NCBI RefSeq assembly: GCF_056746865.1
Contig: NZ_CM163382.1
Length of the DNA stretch: 64,000 nucleotides
Strand: one strand, 5' to 3'
Positions 55,404-64,000 of the stretch are shown one piece after another; the first letter of the stretch is position 1; every line of letters starts with the position of its first letter. The position numbers and the translations under genes were made by a program. A model generated the notes under the pieces. It saw only the letters and a list, made by a program, of their open reading frames with translations. It was not told the DNA's origin and ran no database searches.

Positions 55404-56303
55404 ATGGCAGAATTTCCCGCCAGCTTACTGATTCTTAATGGCAAAAGTACTGACAATTTACCATTGCGCGAAGCAATTATGCTGTTGCGTGAGGAAGGAA
55501 TGACGATCCATGTGCGGGTCACCTGGGAGAAAGGCGATGCCGCACGATATGTAGAGGAGGCCCGGAAGTTGGGCGTCGCAACGGTGATTGCCGGTGGTGG
55601 CGATGGCACCATTAATGAAGTTTCTACGGCGTTGATTCAGTGTGAGGGGGATGACATACCCGCGCTAGGAATTTTGCCATTAGGAACCGCCAATGATTTT
55701 GCCACCAGTGTAAGGATTCCTGAGGCACTGGATAAGGCGCTGAAACTGGCAATTGCCGGTGACGCCATTGCGATAGATATGGCGCAGGTCAACAAACAAA
55801 CCTGTTTTATTAATATGGCGACAGGCGGATTTGGGACGCGTATTACCACAGAAACGCCGGAAAAATTAAAAGCCGCGCTGGGTGGCGTCTCTTACATCAT
55901 TCATGGCTTAATGCGCATGGATACTCTGCAACCGGACCGTTGTGAGATCCGCGGTGAAAACTTTCACTGGCAAGGTGACGCCCTGGTCATTGGTATTGGT
56001 AACGGGCGTCAGGCCGGTGGCGGTCAGCAATTGTGCCCGAACGCGTTAATTAACGATGGCTTGCTGCAACTGCGCATTTTTACCGGCGATGAAATTCTTC
56101 CGGCTCTCGTATCAACATTAAAATCTGACGAAGATAACCCGAATATTATCGAAGGCGCTTCGTCGTGGTTTGATATACAAGCCCCACACGAAATCACTTT
56201 TAATCTTGATGGCGAACCGTTGAGCGGACAAAACTTTCATATTGAAATACTTCCGGCGGCGTTGCGTTGTCGATTACCACCAGATTGCCCATTGTTGCGT
56301 TAA
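55404..56303 (+). CDS. yegS: lipid kinase YegS (diacylglycerol-kinase catalytic family, 299 aa)
   Basis: ORF track 299 aa; DAGK-type motif ([13 protein letters not shown]). Confidence 0.9.
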   Translation: MAEFPASLLILNGKSTDNLPLREAIMLLREEGMTIHVRVTWEKGDAARYVEEARKLGVATVIAGGGDGTINEVSTALIQCEGDDIPALGILPLGTANDFATSVRIPEALDKALKLAIAGDAIAIDMAQVNKQTCFINMATGGFGTRITTETPEKLKAALGGVSYIIHGLMRMDTLQPDRCEIRGENFHWQGDALVIGIGNGRQAGGGQQLCPNALINDGLLQLRIFTGDEILPALVSTLKSDEDNPNIIEGASSWFDIQAPHEITFNLDGEPLSGQNFHIEILPAALRCRLPPDCPLLR

Positions 56304-56340
56304 TCACACTATTCTCTCTTGAACCAGGGAGAATCCGTAA

Positions 56341-56371
56341 TGCCGGATGCGGTATAAACACCTTATCCGGC
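56341..56371. repeat. REP element (tgccggatgcggtataaacaccttatccggc) in the yegS-gatR convergent gap
   Basis: REP-like palindrome read directly. Confidence 0.45.
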
Positions 56372-56384
56372 ATACAGAACAATA

Positions 56385-57164
56385 CTACACCGTAATTAAT
56401 TTTACCCGTGTCTTCTGCAATGCCAGTTTATCCACCTCTGACACGGCATCATCGGTAATAATAATGTCAATTTTTTCGATTGGGAGTACCTGATTAAAAC
56501 CGCGACGGTTAAATTTCGATGAATCGAGAACGGCAATCACTTTATTAGCGGCTGTGACCATCGCCCCGCTAATCGAATAACCTTCATTAAAGGTCGTAAT
56601 ACCATTAACCGCATCAATACCATCAGCACCGACAAACATTAAATCGGCATTAATATCCTGCAATGAACGCTCGGCAATGGAACCATGCATCGAGCGCGTT
56701 TTATGGCGGACGGTGCCACCACAGACGACCAGAGTAATGTCTTTATTTTCGGAAAGGGCAAACGCCGCCGGGAGACTGTTGGTAATCACCGTGATATTTT
56801 TGGCGGTCATTAAACCTTCGGCGATAAGCATTGTCGTACTTCCGCTGTCGAGAATAACGGTCATCCCTTCGTGGATCATTTTGACTGCCGCTTGCGCTAT
56901 TCTGTTTTTTGGCGCACTGGCGAGCTGAAATCGCTCTTTAAACCCAACTTCCTGGGTCTCGGTTTCACTATTACCGGACATTATTTTCGCCGCACCGCCA
57001 TGAAAGCGCGTAACCACGCCTTTTTGTTCGAGAAAGCGCAAATCGGCACGGATTGTCGCTTCCGAGGCAGCAAATACTCCCGCCAGATCCTGAACAAGCA
57101 CGGTTCCCTGTTCATTCACTAATTGGATGATCTTATTCCTTCGCTCGAATGAATTCATCGTCAT
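56385..57164 (-). CDS. gatR: DeoR-family galactitol operon repressor GatR, intact (259 codons)
   Basis: ORF track 259 aa; N-terminal HTH (RRNKIIQLVNEQGTVLVQDLAGVF) + DeoR sugar-binding domain; downstream of gatD. Confidence 0.88.
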   Translation of the reverse strand: MTMNSFERRNKIIQLVNEQGTVLVQDLAGVFAASEATIRADLRFLEQKGVVTRFHGGAAKIMSGNSETETQEVGFKERFQLASAPKNRIAQAAVKMIHEGMTVILDSGSTTMLIAEGLMTAKNITVITNSLPAAFALSENKDITLVVCGGTVRHKTRSMHGSIAERSLQDINADLMFVGADGIDAVNGITTFNEGYSISGAMVTAANKVIAVLDSSKFNRRGFNQVLPIEKIDIIITDDAVSEVDKLALQKTRVKLITV

Positions 57165-57263
57165 TTACCCATATTCAATTGTGGCTAGTGTAAACGAAGG
57201 GGGACCATTGGTGAATGATCTGTTTTGCACAATACCGGGCCAGCATCACGCTGGCCCGCGGTT

Positions 57264-58304
57264 TCAGGGAATAAGCAACACTTTGCCCGGCATAGCATTA
57301 CGAGCGATGTCACGCACCGCCTGGGCGAAGCTTTCAAAGCTTCCACGGTGAGCGATTAATGGCTCCAGGCTTAACTTACGTTCTGTCAGCAACCGGCTCG
57401 CCGTTTCCCACTCCTGCCCCGGCCAAGGGCTGGAGTAGTTCATCCAACTGCCGATAACCGTCAGCTCTTTACGCAATATTTTGCCAAACGTTGCCGATAT
57501 TAAATGCAGATCCTGATGCAACGTGCCCACCAGCGCCAGTTGGGCATGAGGACCGGCAATCTCTACCGCCAGTTCGACAGTTTGCGGTACGCCAGCCGTC
57601 TCGAGGATAAGCTGATTAAAGCGCAGCTCGCGTAAAACGCCCTGCATTTGCGGCGCGCTCATTTCAAGGCTGTTAAATGTTTGCATCGCACCGAAAGATT
57701 TTGCCAGTGCCAGTTTTTCTGAGCTAATGTCGATAGCCGTCACACTCTTTGCTCCCAGCGCGACAGCGCACTGAATAGCCAGCAGGCCAATGGTTCCGGC
57801 ACCAATAATAATAACGTTTTTATTCTCACAACCTTGCGCTAAATGAAAAGCATGCAGGCCAACGGTAATCGGTTCAATAAAAGCCCCATCCTCAATAGGC
57901 ATATCCGTGGGTAGAGCAAAGACATTTTTTCGCTTAACGACAATATATTCAGCAAATCCACCATCACGCCGTGAGCCAATAAAATCATATTTTGCGCACT
58001 GGGAATAAAACCCTTTCAAACACTCTGGACAAGTAAAACAGGGTAATAACGGCACACAGGCAACCGCATCGCCAGGGTGTAAATCATCAACACCGGATCC
58101 CACCGCATCAATATAGCCGCTAAATTCATGGCCTAACGTTATTGGATAATAATGTGCACCATTTTTAAATATCCTGGGTAAATCGGAACCACATAAGCCC
58201 GAGCTGGCAATTTTTACCCGTACCTCATCCTGATGTTTAATTTCAGGAATGACGCTTTCTGCAACGCGCACGATACCATCAGTATCATTCACCACTGATT
58301 TCAT
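57264..58304 (-). CDS. gatD: galactitol-1-phosphate 5-dehydrogenase GatD (Zn-dependent MDR, 346 aa)
   Basis: ORF track 346 aa; Zn-ADH motifs (GHEFSG, Cys cluster CFTCPEC). Confidence 0.93.
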   Translation of the reverse strand: MKSVVNDTDGIVRVAESVIPEIKHQDEVRVKIASSGLCGSDLPRIFKNGAHYYPITLGHEFSGYIDAVGSGVDDLHPGDAVACVPLLPCFTCPECLKGFYSQCAKYDFIGSRRDGGFAEYIVVKRKNVFALPTDMPIEDGAFIEPITVGLHAFHLAQGCENKNVIIIGAGTIGLLAIQCAVALGAKSVTAIDISSEKLALAKSFGAMQTFNSLEMSAPQMQGVLRELRFNQLILETAGVPQTVELAVEIAGPHAQLALVGTLHQDLHLISATFGKILRKELTVIGSWMNYSSPWPGQEWETASRLLTERKLSLEPLIAHRGSFESFAQAVRDIARNAMPGKVLLIP

Positions 58305-58351
58305 AAAAACTCCTGATTGTTAAGGGGGATAAACTCCCCCTCAGGTAAAAA

Positions 58352-59707
58352 TTATTCTGCGAGAACGGCTTTCTCTTGTTTAATAAAACCACACGCTCTA
58401 CGCCAGGTCATGAAAATACCGGTAAGATAAATGGCACCGATAATAATGAAACCGGGAATATTTTGCGGGGAGAAAACCTGAATCAGTAACCAGGTAATGG
58501 GAGAACCGCCCTGATCCATTGAAGCCACCATACCCCCGGCTTTTAACGCCCCAGCATTAGCCGCCAGTTGGGTGTGCAAACCAATAGTTTGCGTCGCGAT
58601 CCACAGGGTGATGCTCATAATGATGACACCCGAGATTAAGGTGCGGAACAGATTTCCACGATGCACCGCGACCGCCATCGCCACGAAGAAGCCGATGGTG
58701 GCAAGATCGCCAAACGGCAACACCTGATTACCCGGCACACAAACAGCAATTAAAATGGTGAGAGGGATAAAAATCAGGCTTGCCGATACCACCGCCGTAT
58801 GCCCCAGCAGCAACGCCGGATCAAGGCCAATCAGGAACTCCTGACCGCCGAACTTCGCCTGTAAACGACTACGGGCCTGCTTAGCGATGGGCGTTAAACC
58901 ATCCATGATAGGTTTAATCACCCGTGGCATCAGCAGCATAACTGCCGCCGTTTTTACCGCCAGCTGCAATACACCTTTGACATCGTAACCCGCGAGGATG
59001 CCGATAATCAGCCCCATCACAAAACCCACGGTGACAGGCTCGCCAAACGGACCAAATTTGCGCTGAATATCGTCGGCGCTAAATTTAATACGGTTAACGC
59101 CTGGGATTTTCTCGATGATAGCATCCACCAGCACCGCAATTGGCCCCAGATACGCCGACGTACCGTGCGGAATAGCAATGCCTTCCAGCTCAAAGAAATT
59201 TCGGGTATCGCGGGCAAACCAGTCGCCGAGCTTATAAACAAACGCCGCGTGAATTACCACACCCGCCATCCCTATCATCCATGAACCGGTTGCCAGATGC
59301 AGCAACGCGCCGGTGAAGGTCATATGCCAGATATTCCAGATATCAACATTTACCACCCGCGTCATACGGGTCAGTAGCATCGCCACGTTAACCAGAATCG
59401 CAATCGGAATCGCCACTAGCGCAATTTGCGACGCCCAGGTCATTGGTGAAGAGCCCGGCCAACCGACATCGACCACATGCAGATTCAGGTCAAAATTTTC
59501 CGCCATCGCTTTCGCCGCCGGACCAATGGAATCCAGCATTAAGCCAATCACAAGGCCAATGCCAACAAAGCCAATCCCGATATGCAGACCCGCTTTAAAG
59601 CAATCGCCTGCCTTCATGCCTAATATTTTAGAAAAAATAATGATGACAATCGGCAGCATCACCGTAGGGCCGAGGTCGAGAATATAACGCATGACTTCTG
59701 AAAACAT
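58352..59707 (-). CDS. gatC: PTS galactitol-specific EIIC GatC (451 aa)
   Basis: ORF track 451 aa; polytopic membrane protein; synteny. Confidence 0.93.
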   Translation of the reverse strand: MFSEVMRYILDLGPTVMLPIVIIIFSKILGMKAGDCFKAGLHIGIGFVGIGLVIGLMLDSIGPAAKAMAENFDLNLHVVDVGWPGSSPMTWASQIALVAIPIAILVNVAMLLTRMTRVVNVDIWNIWHMTFTGALLHLATGSWMIGMAGVVIHAAFVYKLGDWFARDTRNFFELEGIAIPHGTSAYLGPIAVLVDAIIEKIPGVNRIKFSADDIQRKFGPFGEPVTVGFVMGLIIGILAGYDVKGVLQLAVKTAAVMLLMPRVIKPIMDGLTPIAKQARSRLQAKFGGQEFLIGLDPALLLGHTAVVSASLIFIPLTILIAVCVPGNQVLPFGDLATIGFFVAMAVAVHRGNLFRTLISGVIIMSITLWIATQTIGLHTQLAANAGALKAGGMVASMDQGGSPITWLLIQVFSPQNIPGFIIIGAIYLTGIFMTWRRACGFIKQEKAVLAE

Positions 59708-59710
59708 AGG

Positions 59711-59995
59711 TCACCCCTGTAAGATAGTCAGAATTTTATTTTGTAATGCTTCGATACCGACACCAGAAACAAAAGGCATGCCGTGAACTAACGGAATATC
59801 GCCAAAACTACGGTCAACTTTGGCGGTAGTACATATCAAATGCACGCCATCCATATAGGTCTCTATTTCATTAACCCGACACTGGATTAATTCAACAGGA
59901 ATATTATGACTCTGACACAACTCTTTAATTTCTTCCGCCGCCATCGTAGAGGTCGCAACCGCGCCTCCGCAAGCGACAATAATCTTGCGTTTCAT
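59711..59995 (-). CDS. gatB: PTS galactitol-specific EIIB GatB (94 aa)
   Basis: ORF track 94 aa beginning [16 protein letters not shown] (active-site Cys). Confidence 0.93.
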   Translation of the reverse strand: MKRKIIVACGGAVATSTMAAEEIKELCQSHNIPVELIQCRVNEIETYMDGVHLICTTAKVDRSFGDIPLVHGMPFVSGVGIEALQNKILTILQG

Positions 59996-60025
59996 AAATA
60001 GTCCTTTTTATTGTTACAGAGGGAT

Positions 60026-60478
60026 TTATTCGTCTGAATCTAAAACATACTTTGTGAAGTATTCCTTTAACTGAGTTTCAGGAAGAGTAATTAGTGTCTC
60101 GACGATCTCGGGCTGTTGTAACTTGCCAAATAAACAGCGTAAAAGTTTCAATTGCTGCTGCGGATTTTCCACAATCAACGCAATAACCAACGATACCGCC
60201 ACGTCATTATCATCATCCGCTTGCTGAAAATGAACTTTATTTGTTGGCCTTAACAGATAAATGGCTGACGACTTAGCATGAATCGCCTCACAATGCGGTA
60301 TTGCAATGGCGTGCTGCTCAAGCATTATCCCGGTAGGGAATTCTGCTTCTCTGGCAATTAATGCCTGTGGCCAGGTATCATGAACCACACCTTTCGCGAG
60401 CATCTCATTACCGATATGGGTTAAAACTTCGCTACGATCGACAAAAGAAATTCCGCTACGAACAAACAGGTTAGTCAT
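60026..60478 (-). CDS. gatA: PTS galactitol-specific EIIA GatA (150 aa)
   Basis: ORF track 150 aa; synteny. Confidence 0.93.
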   Translation of the reverse strand: MTNLFVRSGISFVDRSEVLTHIGNEMLAKGVVHDTWPQALIAREAEFPTGIMLEQHAIAIPHCEAIHAKSSAIYLLRPTNKVHFQQADDDNDVAVSLVIALIVENPQQQLKLLRCLFGKLQQPEIVETLITLPETQLKEYFTKYVLDSDE

Positions 60479-60487
60479 ATACCGTCC

Positions 60488-62687
<2,200 letters not shown>

Positions 62688-62860
62688 TCAAATGTCGAGA
62701 TAATGATCACAAAAACGACAATTCGAAAATTAATCAGAATGACAGGCAAAAAAACGGCCTCCCGATAGGGAAGCCGTAGCAAAGTGCGCGTGTTTTTATG
62801 CCGGATGCGACGTAAACGCCTTTTCCGTCATACGTGGTAGTGCTGTTCGTATAAGGCGTA

Positions 62861-63913
62861 TCAGGCAATAGTAATTTTGCTATCGAGATAAACGTCCTGC
62901 ACGGCGTTAATCAGTTTCACGCCGTCAGCCATCGATTTCTTGAACGCCTTACGTCCAAGAATCAGCCCCATTCCGCCTGCGCGTTTGTTGATAACCGCAG
63001 TACGCACTGCATCGCTGAGGTCAGTTTCACCGCCTGCAGCACCGCCGGAGTTTATCAACCCTGCGCGGCCCATATAGCAGTTAGCTAACTGATAACGCAC
63101 CAGATCAATCGGGTTTTCGCTGGTCAACTTGCTGTACACGCGATCGTCGGTATAACCGTAATTAATCGCTTTATAGCCGCCGTTATTTTCCGCCATTTTT
63201 TGTTTAACGATATCTGCACCTATGGTCGCCGCCAGATGGTTTGCCTGACCGGTCAGGTCGGCGGAAACATGGTAATCAACGCCATCTTTCTTAAAGGCGG
63301 AGTTACGCAAATAGGCCCACAGCACTGTCACCATGCCCAGCTCGTGCGCACGTTCAAAAGCCGCAGAAATTTCTTCAATCTGGCGACGTGACTCTTCCGA
63401 ACCAAAATAGATAGTCGCACCAACCGCCACCGCGCCCATGTTGAAGGCCTGCTCCACGCTGGCATACAGCGTTTGATCGTAGGTATTCGGGTAACTTAGC
63501 GTCTCGTTGTGATTAAGTTTGACGAGGAATGGAATGCGATGCGCGTAACGCCGCGATACCGATGCCAGCACGCCGTAAGTTGACGCCACACAGTTACAGC
63601 CCGCTTCGATCGCCAGTTCAACAATGTTTTTCGGGTCAAAGTAGAGCGGGTTAGCGGCAAATGAAGCTCCGGCAGAGTGCTCAACGCCCTGGTCAACCGG
63701 CAGAATAGAAAGATATCCTGTGCCAGCCAGACGCCCGGTGTTGTACAACGTCTGCATATTACGTAACACCGCTGGCGGGCGATTATTGTCAATCATCACG
63801 CGGTCTACGTAGTCATGTCCGGGGAGATAAAGCTGGTCAGAAGGAATAGTCATACAACGGTGCTGTAAAAGGTTGTCGGCGTCTTTGCCAAGCAACTGCG
63901 CAATATCTGTCAT
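62861..63913 (-). CDS. fbaB: fructose-bisphosphate aldolase class I FbaB (350 aa)
   Basis: ORF track frame 62861..63985; start placed at ATG (complement 63911-63913) giving [32 protein letters not shown]. Confidence 0.9.
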
Positions 63914-64000
63914 TACTATGCTCCCGTAAATTCCGATTGGATATCGGCTATGGATTGTCCTGGCCCGCCTTTTGCGGGCAATCATAATCCTGGTCGTTAC

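Noticed and set aside
56385-57164. Looked for an insertion sequence within or beside gatR (as I recall in K-12)
   Set aside because: gatR is a single uninterrupted ORF and no transposase-like ORF or terminal inverted repeats are present anywhere in the window.

Overview
The window reads as an Escherichia coli-type chromosomal segment, the colanic-acid-to-galactitol region at about 46 min on the K-12 map. Gene order is: galF (5' part) | colanic acid capsule cluster wcaM-wcaL-wcaK-wzxC-wcaJ-cpsG-cpsB-wcaI-gmm-fcl-gmd-wcaF-wcaE-wcaD-wcaC-wcaB-wcaA-wzc-wzb-wza (all minus strand) | wza leader with ops/JUMPstart | yegH | a two-gene toxin-first HigB/HigA-like module | asmA-dcd-udk | dgcE(yegE) | alkA | yegD | yegI-yegJ-yegK-yegL | four tandem ibs/sib type I toxin-antitoxin units | mdtABCD-baeSR | yegP | yegQ | yegR | yegS | gatRDCBAZY | fbaB. 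All identifications rest on reading the ORF translations and motifs against remembered E. coli proteins; no database search was run. Almost all of this is conserved core genome. The parts worth a second look are: (1) the small type II TA islet between yegH and asmA, which I do not recall in K-12; (2) the yegL-yegK-yegI set (vWA + PP2C phosphatase + Ser/Thr kinase), which resembles a TerY-P-type triad; (3) the ibs/sib array, with four units where I recall two in K-12. No CRISPR array, IS element, integrase, rRNA or tRNA gene was found. Strain background looks non-K-12: gatR is intact and the P2-remnant genes ogrK/yegZ are absent.
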